Shown here in pieces: positions 9,080 to 18,962 of a DNA stretch of 35,346 bases; the stretch's first letter is position 1; every line of letters begins with the position of its first letter. The stretch comes from a virus (lineage: Duplodnaviria > Caudoviricetes). Location of the stretch: positions 1 through 35,346 of the IMG/VR virus record IMGVR_UViG_3300006851_000005. The stretch is one strand, 5' to 3'. Under the pieces are notes generated by a model. That model worked only from the letters and a program-made list of their open reading frames with translations. It searched no databases and was not told the origin of the DNA. Made by a program: the position numbers and the translations under genes.

Positions 9080-12000
9080 ATGGCAACCGGCCGTAGTCTC
9101 GGCGCTGCAGTCCTGAGCACGAAACTGGATCTGAACGGGCTCCGGTCCGGGTTCCAGCAGGCACGTCAGGAAACAACACGCGGCGTAGAGCAGATCGGCC
9201 GGCAACTGCAGGGCATCGGTACGCGCCTGACTGTCGCGCTGACCGCGCCGATCACAGCTATGGGTGTCGCTGTGGTCGGCGCTGCAGGTGGGTTTGAGCA
9301 GAGCATGAACCGCGTCCGCGCATTGACGCAGGCGACAGGGCAGGATTTCATCAAGCTGCAGGACCGGGCGCGGGACCTCGGCGCCACCACTGTTTACAGT
9401 GCCAGCCAGGCTGCTGACGGCATGTCATTTCTGGCTATGGCGGGCCTCGAGGTAGAGGAAATATACGGCGCCATGCCGAGCACGCTGAACCTGGCCGCCG
9501 CCGCGCAGCTGGACCTCGCGACAGCCGCCGATATCGTGACCAACGTCATGACCGGCTACAACATGACGGTTGATCAGCTGGAAAACAGCGTAGACGTGCT
9601 GACCACCGCGTTCATCAGCGCCAACACTGACCTGAGTCAGCTCGGGGACGCCATGAGCTTCGCCGGCCCCGTAGCGTCCGGCCTCGGCGTGGCCTTTGAG
9701 GAAGCCACCGCCGCAGTCGGAATGCTGTCGAATGCCGGTATTCAGGGCGGCCGCGCAGGCACCACCCTGTCCCGCATCCTCGCGATCCTGTCTACTGAGG
9801 GTGAGAAGCTGGGCCTCACCATCTACGATGCCGCCGGGCAGATGCTGCCGCTGGCCGACATTCTCGAGCAGCTCGAGGCGCAGGGCCGGACCAGTGCAGA
9901 GGTAATGGATTTCTTCGGGCAGCGCGGCGGGCCCGGCATGCTGGCGCTACTGTCGCAGGGGTCCGGCGCACTGCGGGAATTCGCGGCAGACCTGGACGAT
10001 GTGGGCGGCACCGCAGAGCGTGTAGCCGGCACGCAGATGGAAGGGTTCAGGGGCGCGGTAGTAGAGCTGAGAAGTGCCATAGAGGGCCTGATGATCAGCT
10101 TCGGCTTCGAAGGCGGCCTGCTGGGCATAGCTGAGTCCGGCGTGAACACCCTCACGAACGTGGTCCGCTGGATTGACGGGTGGAGCGACAGCGGCAAGCA
10201 GCTCGCCATAGTCATAGGCAGCGTCGTAGCTGCAGCCGGTCCGCTGCTGGTGGGCCTCGGCACCATCGCCCGCCTGACCCCGGTGATCGTGCAGGGCTGG
10301 GGCATGCTGCGCGTGGCGTTCCTGCCGTTCCTCGGCGTGACCGGCATCCTCGCGGGCCTGGCGACCCTGTGGTACGCCCTGAACGATGCAATGGATGCCG
10401 GGCAGGGTGTCCGGCAGCGCATGCAGGACAGCACGAATCAGCTGATCGAACGCCTCCGGGAATACCGGGGGGAGCTGCACTTCACGAATGAGGCAGAGCG
10501 GCAGGCGGCGCAGGATAACCTGAACCGTCAGCGGCGTGTGCTGGAGATAACCCTGGCGAATCAGGAAGCGTTCAGGCGCAGCGTAGAGGCTGACGTGCTG
10601 GCGTTCGCTGACATGGGCTTCTTCGGGCAGCTGTTCAACTTCGGCGCCGCCAATGTGAACCTGCGGACGCTGGATCAGCTGGATTCGCAGATCGGGCAGT
10701 TGCGGTCTGAGCTGGAGGCTGTGGACACGCAACTCGAGGCGGTCCGTACGTTCCAGTTCACACCCGCGGCTGGCGGCGGCGCCGGCGGCGGCGGTGGGGG
10801 TACGTTCACGGGCGCTGGTGGTACTACAGCAGCGGCTGCTGAGGCTGTAGTAGTCGCAACGGTGGACAGTGTATTCGCTGACCTCGCATCAGCGGGCCTG
10901 CGATCCCTGAACATCACAAACCGCCTGGTAGCAAGCGGGGTGGACGAGGAAGAAGCCCGTACCGCTGACCTGCAAACCCGCCTGCGGCTCGTGCAAGCCG
11001 CCCGGGATGAGCTGCTGCGGAATCATTACGACGAGGTGACAGACGCAGAGCTGGCATACCTGACCACCCGGGAGCAGGAGCTGCTGGCTGAGCTGGACCG
11101 GTCACAGAACATCATCGAGGCCGCGCGGGAACGCTGGGCGCGGGCTATGGAAGCTGACCTGAGCGGGTACACCGGCCCGTCATACGGCGCTGGCGCAGTT
11201 GCCCTCGGGTCTGAGGCTGCAGCCATAGCCCGCGACACGCTCGAGGGCATGCTGGCAAGCGGGCAGCGGTTCACAGTGGCCGAGGCGAATCAAGCCATAG
11301 AAATGCTGACCCGGCACGTGCCGACCAGCCAGGCGCAGATCCGGGAGTGGCTCGAGACACTCACCGGCAGCCTGGAGGATGCTGAACAGGCTTTCAATGA
11401 GTTTCCGGTCCTGCTGACCCCGCCGGGCGGCTGGCAGCCCACAGGGCGGGCCATAGCGCGCGGCATCATCGAGGGCGCGCGGGAACGCGCTGCAGAAATG
11501 GACTTCGGCAGCCCGTTCACAGGCCAGGGTGGCGGCGTCAGTGCCGGCGCCATGCTGGCTGACACTGAACTGATCCTGCGGGACACCGTGCAGGCCCTGG
11601 TAGACGCTGGCGCCCCCGCTGAGCAGATCAACGAGGCGCTGGAGGCCCTGACAACGCGCTTCCCGATGACCACCGCTGAAATAAACGAACTGACCGGCGG
11701 CGCGCACCGGCTGGAGACAGCCATACGCGGCGCCCTGCCGCCGCTCACAGCCGCTGTGCAGGCGTTCGACGAATTCCCGACACTGGACCGCAGCAGCATC
11801 ACCCCGCTGCCCCTGGCGGGCCTCACCCCTGAGCAGCGCGCGGCAGGCGACAGGTGGGGCGCCCGGTCCCGGCAGGTTGGGCGGCTCATGAGTCGTGACG
11901 GTGACGGCGGGCTGGCAGAGGCCGGCCGCATGCTGGACGAGCAGAAACGCAGTGCTGACGAATTCGCGCAGACCGTCATAGACAGCGGCTTCCAGTTCGC

Positions 12001-12430
12001 AGACGGCCTGATCGGCGCCATAGAATCCGGTAGCGTAGCGGACGCTTTCAGCAGCGCAATACGCGCCGGTCAGAGCATCGTCGGCGGTATGGACCTCGGA
12101 TCTATCCCGTTCCTCGGCGGCAGCATCGGCATAAGCAGCCTGATCAGCGGCGGCCTCGGCCTCGTCGGCAGCCTCATCGGACTATTCAGCGGCAGCGGCC
12201 GCGACAGTGCAGAACAGGAACGCGCCCGCGCCGGCCAGGTCAGGAGCGCACCGTCAATCAGCCTGAGCATCACACAGAACAATACGCTCGAGCTGCAGAG
12301 CCTGACGGACCCGGCCAGCCGTACCGCCGTGCGCAGGTTCACTGACGAGCAGCTGGCGCGCATTGTGGACGCTGTGCAGCGGAACATCCTGCCGCGCCTG
12401 GATAAGCTGGACGGAGGAGCGACCCCGTGA
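9080..12430 (+). CDS. Tail tape measure protein (TP901-family-like core)
   Basis: 1116 aa, Ala/Gly-rich; FEQSMNRVRA, LGATTVYSASQAADGMSFLAMAG and GIQGGRAGTTL motifs. Confidence 0.93.
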   Translation: MATGRSLGAAVLSTKLDLNGLRSGFQQARQETTRGVEQIGRQLQGIGTRLTVALTAPITAMGVAVVGAAGGFEQSMNRVRALTQATGQDFIKLQDRARDLGATTVYSASQAADGMSFLAMAGLEVEEIYGAMPSTLNLAAAAQLDLATAADIVTNVMTGYNMTVDQLENSVDVLTTAFISANTDLSQLGDAMSFAGPVASGLGVAFEEATAAVGMLSNAGIQGGRAGTTLSRILAILSTEGEKLGLTIYDAAGQMLPLADILEQLEAQGRTSAEVMDFFGQRGGPGMLALLSQGSGALREFAADLDDVGGTAERVAGTQMEGFRGAVVELRSAIEGLMISFGFEGGLLGIAESGVNTLTNVVRWIDGWSDSGKQLAIVIGSVVAAAGPLLVGLGTIARLTPVIVQGWGMLRVAFLPFLGVTGILAGLATLWYALNDAMDAGQGVRQRMQDSTNQLIERLREYRGELHFTNEAERQAAQDNLNRQRRVLEITLANQEAFRRSVEADVLAFADMGFFGQLFNFGAANVNLRTLDQLDSQIGQLRSELEAVDTQLEAVRTFQFTPAAGGGAGGGGGGTFTGAGGTTAAAAEAVVVATVDSVFADLASAGLRSLNITNRLVASGVDEEEARTADLQTRLRLVQAARDELLRNHYDEVTDAELAYLTTREQELLAELDRSQNIIEAARERWARAMEADLSGYTGPSYGAGAVALGSEAAAIARDTLEGMLASGQRFTVAEANQAIEMLTRHVPTSQAQIREWLETLTGSLEDAEQAFNEFPVLLTPPGGWQPTGRAIARGIIEGARERAAEMDFGSPFTGQGGGVSAGAMLADTELILRDTVQALVDAGAPAEQINEALEALTTRFPMTTAEINELTGGAHRLETAIRGALPPLTAAVQAFDEFPTLDRSSITPLPLAGLTPEQRAAGDRWGARSRQVGRLMSRDGDGGLAEAGRMLDEQKRSADEFAQTVIDSGFQFADGLIGAIESGSVADAFSSAIRAGQSIVGGMDLGSIPFLGGSIGISSLISGGLGLVGSLIGLFSGSGRDSAEQERARAGQVRSAPSISLSITQNNTLELQSLTDPASRTAVRRFTDEQLARIVDAVQRNILPRLDKLDGGATP

Positions 12431-12990
12431 CTGACACCCTTCTGATTCAATCCGGCGTGTTTGTGGGGCAGCGTGACGATCACGTACCGCCGTTCGAGTG
12501 GTTCGGCACGGAGCCCGTGATCAGGTTCGCGCCCCTCACCCTGCAGCTCGTGCAGTCGCAGATCATTACCAGCGTGCAGGGCCTCCTCGGCACCGGCGAC
12601 GATGTGACCTTCGTAGTGCAGGGGTCCGGCCTGGCGTTCAGCGGCGTAGTCCGGCAGCTGAAGCAGATTGAAGCGCACCCCGTCGGGCAGGTCAACACCA
12701 GCATAGGCGGTTATCGTGACGTGCCGCTGAACCGGGGTGAGCTGGTGCGCGTCAGCCTGCAGATGCTCGGGGATCCCGTGCCAATAGAGGACGTGGGCAT
12801 CATCCAGGTGGGTAACACCGTGGAAGGCGGGCCCGGCGCGTGGCGTACAGAGATTCTGTTCCGGCCGGTGGACGCCATATTCACCGCCGGCACGACAGAG
12901 GTGCTGGCGGCGAGCACCGGGCCGTTCAACCCGGAAAGCGTGCCCGACGGCAACGGCAACGGCAACGGGAACGGGGCTGAAGCGCCATGA
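12427..12990 (+). CDS. Putative distal tail / tail-tip protein
   Basis: 187 aa, GTGA overlap with the tape measure gene, beta-rich, GN-repeat tail. Confidence 0.5.
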   Translation: MTDTLLIQSGVFVGQRDDHVPPFEWFGTEPVIRFAPLTLQLVQSQIITSVQGLLGTGDDVTFVVQGSGLAFSGVVRQLKQIEAHPVGQVNTSIGGYRDVPLNRGELVRVSLQMLGDPVPIEDVGIIQVGNTVEGGPGAWRTEILFRPVDAIFTAGTTEVLAASTGPFNPESVPDGNGNGNGNGAEAP

Positions 12991-14756
12991 GCGACGACCA
13001 GACCAGATTCTCACCCGTCGTCACAGAGCGCGTGCCGAGCGGCTCGTGGTTCGCTGAAATATTCCCCATGCCAGGGCCGGAGGAAGTCGCGGACATCAAG
13101 AACGGCACGCGCCGCGATCGGTACGGGCATAATTGGCTGGTGCTGCTAACGCACGCGTTTGAAGCTCAGGCGTGGCAGGAGCGGCCGCCTGGCAGCGGGC
13201 AGTGGCACATGGTCACTGACCTGCTCCCCCCCATTTTCGGGCAGACGCTGCCGCACGGGAGCCGCCGCCTAACCGGCGTGTTCGACCAGAGCGGCCGCAT
13301 GGTGGTCGCTTACGAGCACAATCAGCTGGTGTACCTCACCCGCTGGGACGTGGAAACACAGCAATACGTCCAGAACGTCACCTTCCCCGGCACTAACCCG
13401 ACCCTGACCACAGACCTGCACGCAGGCATTCCCGTAGCGGATTCCGACGTGTGGATCTTCTACCAGCCGCCCGGGGACCTGACGCAGATCCACAGCCGCA
13501 TACAGCGGGACCTGTATCTCACGGTTTACACCGTGTGGAACGGGGATCAGGAACTGATTCTCGACCGGGCGCAGGTCAGCATCCAGCTGCAGCTGCTCGT
13601 CAGCGACACGCTGGGGTTGCCGCTCCGTTTGGAATCCGGGGAGCTGGCCGTGCTCGCCGGGCCGTATTACCCTTTCCGCGTTCAGGACGCCGTTGCGCTG
13701 GATGCGCGTCCGTCACGCGGCATTTACGAGGAAACAACCCTCGTGCGGGCTGTTGAGGATCACGTGCTGCTCAGCGGTGCACCGCTTAACCCTGACGGGC
13801 TGAGTGGTGAGCCGCTCCGCGTTCAGCTGCCCCGCCTGCCGCTTGGGGAGTCGAACGCCCCGATGCTGGACGCCACAACCCGCTTCAAGGGCGATGCGGA
13901 AGGCAGTTACCAGCCGATTTACAGCAGCGCCTGTGAGCACGGGCCGTCAGATCAGGTGATTGATTTGGACGCCTGGGGCATCGCTACCCCGGTGCTGGAC
14001 GGCCCCACACTGCTGCTGGAACGGGAACTGAACTTCGACGTGATTGTGCAGAGTGAGAACCTGCTGCAGCAGGGGCGGTACGGGATTCGCGGCCTGAGCG
14101 TGTCATTTCGCACTCAGTGGGCTATCACCCGGACCAGCGTTTCGCAGGAGGGTGATATCCTCGCGCCCGCCGTTATGTACAATCATTACTATACTGATGA
14201 TAACCCACCGGAGATGGTGTGCTACCCGGAGGAAACATGGCAGGCGGGCGCGCGCACCCTCGTGGTGGAAGTCGCTCAAAGCCGAACTGAGCTGACAGCC
14301 GCCAATCAAGCCCTGCAATGGCACGAGGTGTGGCGCACCACGGAAGGCCCACAGCAGGGGGTGCACGAATACAGTTTCTACGCGGACCTGAGCCTGCTCA
14401 CCAGCGAGCGCTACCCGTTCGTGAGCGTCCGCATTCGGACAGTTGAAAACACCGGAAACAACAGCACGCACGTTTACCTGCTGAGCGGCTGGGTTGTGCA
14501 GCTGGACATGCTCAGCAACGCTTACATCAGCGACACCCTGCAGCGCACCGTGCAGGACGCGGTGATGCTCGACGTGCGGCCTACAATCGGGCGGTACGAG
14601 GACAACGTGCGCAAGTACGCCGTGCAAGACCACGTAGCCCTCGATGCAGAGCCAGCGGTCGGGCAGTACGAGCTATATATCGGCGCTAACCCTCACGTGC
14701 AGGACCATGTGACCCTAGATGTAGAGCCTGTAATCGGCGTCTATCGGGAGGTTTAA
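12987..14756 (+). CDS. Tail-tip structural protein with five VQD[AH]VxLDxxP repeats
   Basis: 589 aa in the tail module; repeats start at about 13680, 13752, 14550, 14622 and 14697. Confidence 0.6.
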   Translation: MSDDQTRFSPVVTERVPSGSWFAEIFPMPGPEEVADIKNGTRRDRYGHNWLVLLTHAFEAQAWQERPPGSGQWHMVTDLLPPIFGQTLPHGSRRLTGVFDQSGRMVVAYEHNQLVYLTRWDVETQQYVQNVTFPGTNPTLTTDLHAGIPVADSDVWIFYQPPGDLTQIHSRIQRDLYLTVYTVWNGDQELILDRAQVSIQLQLLVSDTLGLPLRLESGELAVLAGPYYPFRVQDAVALDARPSRGIYEETTLVRAVEDHVLLSGAPLNPDGLSGEPLRVQLPRLPLGESNAPMLDATTRFKGDAEGSYQPIYSSACEHGPSDQVIDLDAWGIATPVLDGPTLLLERELNFDVIVQSENLLQQGRYGIRGLSVSFRTQWAITRTSVSQEGDILAPAVMYNHYYTDDNPPEMVCYPEETWQAGARTLVVEVAQSRTELTAANQALQWHEVWRTTEGPQQGVHEYSFYADLSLLTSERYPFVSVRIRTVENTGNNSTHVYLLSGWVVQLDMLSNAYISDTLQRTVQDAVMLDVRPTIGRYEDNVRKYAVQDHVALDAEPAVGQYELYIGANPHVQDHVTLDVEPVIGVYREV

Positions 14757-14759
14757 GAG

Positions 14760-16001
14760 ATGATCGGGAAAACCGCACAAATGAGCGTGAGTAGCCGCGC
14801 TCGCATCACATTTATTGACATGGAAACTGGTGAGCGCGTGCCCGCAATTAACGCGGAAACAGGCGAGGAGGTTTGGGGCGGGGATTGGCACCCGAACATG
14901 ATCACAGACGCGGGCTTAGATCGGATTGCTGGCGTACCATCCCCCACGCGGTTGATTGACGAGATTACCTTGTCTGGGAGCATGCCGGAAATTAAGGAGC
15001 GCAGCGGGAGCATTACTGCCAGCCAGTCAGGAGCCACCGTAACAGCGTCTGCCGCATTTTTCCAGGCTGCGGATGTGGGCCGCGCGATCGTGTGGGACGA
15101 CGGCAGTAACGCCCGAATCACCAGCTTTGTCAGCGCCACTGAAGTCCAGGTGGATGTTACGCAGGTGGTGCCAGAGCAGCCTTTCGAGCGGTGGCACGTC
15201 GAAATTAGTTCGGTGCCGGGGTTTGTCCAAAGGGGAAACACTGGCGCTTCGGAGGTGATCGCAGACTACGATGATGATCACTGGATTTTCCGTATCGTTT
15301 CGTGGCGGCAGGTAGAACTGTCGGCCGCCAGCAACGTTAACGGGTTTGGACTCGGCCCGAATCAACAGTGGGGGCGCGTGGATGCAGCAATCATCGAATG
15401 CGTCCGCGATGCCTCCGGAAACCCCATAACGGTTAGTCTGCTGGCAGGGAAAGCAGTCAGGGTAGACCATGAGCTCACGATGCGCTACCCCCGCGCCAGT
15501 AAACAGGTGACGGTCCAAATAGACGAGTACGACGCGGGTAATCAGCTCATCGGGACAAGCGAGCATGTCGCGGACCTGTGGGGTGCCCCATCAAACCTGA
15601 CGAATCTATTCGGGGACGCCCTGCTCAACGTGTTGTGGCCCGGGAACCTGAACATCAACTCGACTACGGTGGGGTACGCTTCGCGGTTTCTGGCGAGCAG
15701 ATTCTTCACACCGGGGGACCTGACCTCCGGGAGTCCGAACTACGCCCCCAATTCGTCACAGCAGGCGTTCGCACTCAGTGATTACACGGCCCGGAGCCGC
15801 CGCAGAGCAAAGACAATGACAGCCGCAGCAGCCCACGCGAACGGGAACGTGCACGGAGCGATGTTCCGCAGTGGGAGCTCCGGCTCGATAGCTGCATTGG
15901 TGCTGCAGTTCCAGGAGGGCGAGGCGATGGTCAAAGAGTCCAGCCACACCTTGACGTTGGGATTTGAGGTCAGTTGGGACCGGGATTACACGGTGAGCTG
16001 A
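14760..16001 (+). CDS. Minor tail / virion structural protein
   Basis: 413 aa, S/T/G-rich, WHPNMITDAGLD motif, visibly more AT-rich codons than the genome average. Confidence 0.6.
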   Translation: MIGKTAQMSVSSRARITFIDMETGERVPAINAETGEEVWGGDWHPNMITDAGLDRIAGVPSPTRLIDEITLSGSMPEIKERSGSITASQSGATVTASAAFFQAADVGRAIVWDDGSNARITSFVSATEVQVDVTQVVPEQPFERWHVEISSVPGFVQRGNTGASEVIADYDDDHWIFRIVSWRQVELSAASNVNGFGLGPNQQWGRVDAAIIECVRDASGNPITVSLLAGKAVRVDHELTMRYPRASKQVTVQIDEYDAGNQLIGTSEHVADLWGAPSNLTNLFGDALLNVLWPGNLNINSTTVGYASRFLASRFFTPGDLTSGSPNYAPNSSQQAFALSDYTARSRRRAKTMTAAAAHANGNVHGAMFRSGSSGSIAALVLQFQEGEAMVKESSHTLTLGFEVSWDRDYTVS

Positions 16002-16002
16002 C

Positions 16003-18036
16003 GTGGGCATCCCGCCAGCCGTTAACCTTGAGCCAGCGCAGCCCGCCAGCAACACGCGAGCGCTGGTCCGCGCGGACGTAGCACCCCGCGCCGCCCGCGA
16101 CTACGTGTACACGGGCGGGCAGGTCACAGGGCACGTGCTGGCGTACGGGGTGATCTCAGATTTCGTGTGGTGGTTCGGCCCGAACGCATTCGGCCGGATT
16201 CGCAGCAGCACCAGCGTGGACACAGGGAGCCTGCTGGACGTGACGGAGGCCATAGCGCAAGACGTGGGTTTCGACGTGGCGCACAGCCTGACCGTCACTT
16301 ATGACCCGGAAGCGCGTCTCGCGTTCCGGGAATTGGCACGCTACCAGCATTCAGGCACCGCGGATCTGCTCATCTGGCCACGCCCCACGCAGAACGCGGA
16401 GGTTATTCATACGGCTGCTGGCGTGACGATGCTAAGCCTCATGGCGTCGGCGTGGCCGCCGCCCGTGCTGCGGGATTTCGGGGAGCCTGGCGTCAGTCCG
16501 CAGACGGCGATCACGGAGGTGCTGACCGCGTGGCGGGATTCCGGTTTGTTCCCGTGGTTTGATTTCGAGCCAGTCCCGGACCTGCGCACCCTCGTGCCTG
16601 AGCTGCTGAGCCCCGCTGAATACGGACCGGATGACGGGCTGGTGCCGGTGCGGGGCATCCTGCTGCCGCAGATCCCGGATGAGCGGGTGACGATGCTGGA
16701 CGTGATTCAGGATCTGCTGTCCCCGTTCCCGGGCGCCACGTACCGCGAAACAGCTGACGGCACGTTCCAGATTGTGCCGGCGTACGGCCCGGACGCTGAC
16801 GAGACACCAGCGGTGGTGCTGCGGCCTGAGCACGTGATCAACGTGACTGAGGGCCGCGCTGACCCGTTTCTCATCAAGAACCGCGCGCGCGTCACCAGCA
16901 CCGGCATCGGGCACGTGCCTGACGAGCCAGTGATGCAGCCCTCGTGGTTCCAGTTCGGACCGGACGCGCTGCTCGGGGAGACGTTCACAGAGTGGGGGAC
17001 GCACCCGGAACCGTGGTTCGAAGTGCCTGACGGGTACTTGAACCTGCAGCCGGGGGAGGACCTACCGAGGCAGGCGTACCCGGGCAGCGCGTTCCGGGGA
17101 TTCGCGGACACGTGGCCGCTCGTACCGGGGGTACTCCCCTCAAACGACGACGGGATCGAGCTGATTGACAGCAACGGGACCCTCATGATCGGCGTCACCG
17201 GGCGGCAGTACCGGCGCGCGGAGCTGCAATTCCAGGGCACTGACTGGCTGCAATTGGAGACAAGCCCCGGCAGTGGGCAGTGGCGATACCCCGGGGAGAG
17301 CGGGTTCCCCTCCCGATTCACGATCCCCTGGACGGGTGAGCACCGCCGCTGGCGTGTCCGGCGGCCCGGGGAGCCGAACATGTGGATGGAAGGTATCGCG
17401 TACTGGACGGGCTCAGGTGTGCAGTTCGGTATGGATCCAAGCGCGAGCAGACTAAGATACGTTGGGTTCAACGCCTTCGTTTATTGGACTCTGGCTGAAT
17501 TTTTCCTTGGTGACGCGACAGGTGCGGTCACTGAAACGGGAACGCAGATCAGCGGTGAGTTCGGGGTGCTGGAAGCTGGGGATTTCGTGCCCGGCGAGGA
17601 CGGCAGCAACGCGATCGAAGCGAGCCGCGAGCGGTACGGCATCCGTGAACAGGCGCTGCACATCCGCGGTTACGACATTCAGGATGCGCTGGTGCTGAAA
17701 GACATAGCCCGGGGGATTGTCCTGCGGGGCCTCACGCCGCGCGTGATCCGCACCGCTAACCTGACGGTGCTCGGCAGCACGCAAGCGCGGAATGAGCACG
17801 TGGGGCGCCTGACGCAGTTACCGAACGCTGAGCAGGGCGCAATGGTCGGTCGGCAGTACGCGGATAATTTCACGCCGCCCGGAGCTTTCGCCGCTGCAGT
17901 TCAGGTGGAGGTCCTGGACCCCACAGGCGCCGGCGCAATCAGGCCGGATGACCTGCTGTATTTCACGCACCCGGACGGGCTCGGCTGGTTCACGCACCCG
18001 GACGGCACGCCGTTTACGCATCCAGAGGGAGGATGA
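16003..18036 (+). CDS. Baseplate hub / central tail protein with C-terminal FTHP[DE]G x3
   Basis: 677 aa; IKNRARVT and ASRERYGIRE resemble hub (Tal-like) motifs. Confidence 0.6.
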   Translation: MGIPPAVNLEPAQPASNTRALVRADVAPRAARDYVYTGGQVTGHVLAYGVISDFVWWFGPNAFGRIRSSTSVDTGSLLDVTEAIAQDVGFDVAHSLTVTYDPEARLAFRELARYQHSGTADLLIWPRPTQNAEVIHTAAGVTMLSLMASAWPPPVLRDFGEPGVSPQTAITEVLTAWRDSGLFPWFDFEPVPDLRTLVPELLSPAEYGPDDGLVPVRGILLPQIPDERVTMLDVIQDLLSPFPGATYRETADGTFQIVPAYGPDADETPAVVLRPEHVINVTEGRADPFLIKNRARVTSTGIGHVPDEPVMQPSWFQFGPDALLGETFTEWGTHPEPWFEVPDGYLNLQPGEDLPRQAYPGSAFRGFADTWPLVPGVLPSNDDGIELIDSNGTLMIGVTGRQYRRAELQFQGTDWLQLETSPGSGQWRYPGESGFPSRFTIPWTGEHRRWRVRRPGEPNMWMEGIAYWTGSGVQFGMDPSASRLRYVGFNAFVYWTLAEFFLGDATGAVTETGTQISGEFGVLEAGDFVPGEDGSNAIEASRERYGIREQALHIRGYDIQDALVLKDIARGIVLRGLTPRVIRTANLTVLGSTQARNEHVGRLTQLPNAEQGAMVGRQYADNFTPPGAFAAAVQVEVLDPTGAGAIRPDDLLYFTHPDGLGWFTHPDGTPFTHPEGG

Positions 18037-18042
18037 TGCCGC

Positions 18043-18324
18043 ATGAGTAGTCTGTTGGATCCCGCGATCCTGTGGATCACGGAGCTGGACGATGACGACA
18101 TGGTGTATGTGGTGCGCCCTGGCGCTCCGGTCGGGCAGCGCGCCCGTAAGATCCTGGGCAGTGACCTGAAGGCCACCGTGTACGCCCCGCCGTTCGGCAC
18201 GACACTGGACCGGCCGACACCGGGCCCGACTGAGGTGGGCGCCCTGTATTTCGACACTGATCTCGGGCACCCGATCTGGTGGGACGGCAGCGGCTGGGTG
18301 GACGCTACAGGGTCTGCAGCGTGA
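18043..18324 (+). CDS. Small tail-fibre-like protein (93 aa)
   Basis: C-terminal GTTLDRPT...VGALYFDTDLGHPIWWDGSGWVDATG resembles a module often found at tail fibre/spike C-termini; GGAGG RBS. Confidence 0.6.
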   Translation: MSSLLDPAILWITELDDDDMVYVVRPGAPVGQRARKILGSDLKATVYAPPFGTTLDRPTPGPTEVGALYFDTDLGHPIWWDGSGWVDATGSAA

Positions 18325-18845
18325 GGGCGATCATCCTGGATGCGGGGCACGGGGGGAATGACCCGGGGACCGTGACGCCGGGGATGACTGAGAAGCAGGC
18401 GAACCTCGAGACAGTCCTGACTATCAAGCATCTGCTGACGGAGCTGGGCCTGCCCGTATTGTTGACGCGGGGGGATGATACCCGGCCCACGTACGCGGCG
18501 CGGCAGGCGGTGCCAGCGGACGCACTGGTGTATATCAGCGTGCACTTCAACATGCCGGGGTCCTATGGCCTGGTGTACTACCAGGACGGCCGTCCGCAGT
18601 CCCGGGCGCTGGCTGACGTGCTGGCTACAGAGTCCGGCCTGTCCCGCGTCTGGAGCAGCCGCATGAGCAATCACAACGGCCTGTATATCGACGCGGTGCG
18701 CGTCCCGGCAGTCATGCTCGAGGTGGCCGCCATAGACGCCTACCCGCAGGACATGGCCGCCGCGCGCGCGTACCGGGTGCACGTTGCGCAGGCAGTGCTG
18801 CGCGCCCTGATCCGCTGGAGCCCGCCCCTCATGACCAGCGCCTGA
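18321..18845 (+). CDS. Endolysin, N-acetylmuramoyl-L-alanine amidase (Amidase_3)
   Basis: IILDAGHGGNDPG, EKQANL, ISVHFN and VPAVMLEV motifs; GTGA overlap at 18321; catalytic domain only. Confidence 0.92.
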   Translation: MRAIILDAGHGGNDPGTVTPGMTEKQANLETVLTIKHLLTELGLPVLLTRGDDTRPTYAARQAVPADALVYISVHFNMPGSYGLVYYQDGRPQSRALADVLATESGLSRVWSSRMSNHNGLYIDAVRVPAVMLEVAAIDAYPQDMAAARAYRVHVAQAVLRALIRWSPPLMTSA

Positions 18846-18876
18846 TGCGCGCCCGGCCTATTCAGCGGGCGGCAGA

Positions 18877-18924
18877 GTCGCGTATCCTGCGGTGGATTAA
18901 ACGCCGCTGCGTTCGGCGCGATCC
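18877..18924 (+). promoter_or_regulatory. Putative internal promoter (GTCGCG-TATCCT) with 5' hairpin
   Basis: TAnnnT at 18883-18888, followed by nested stem GGAT...CGCCG/CGGCG...ATCC. The same GTCGCGTA occurs upstream of terS. Confidence 0.4.
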
Positions 18925-18962
18925 GAGGTCTGGCAAGCGCCGGGATGAAAGGAAGTGACACT

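Noticed and set aside
12945-12976. GGCAAC (Gly-Asn) microsatellite as a contingency locus
   Set aside because: In-frame, short, degenerate and at the extreme C-terminus; probably a flexible tail.
12987-18324. Diversity-generating retroelement or invertible tail-fibre system
   Set aside because: No reverse transcriptase or invertase, and no template/variable repeat pair or flanking inverted repeats seen.
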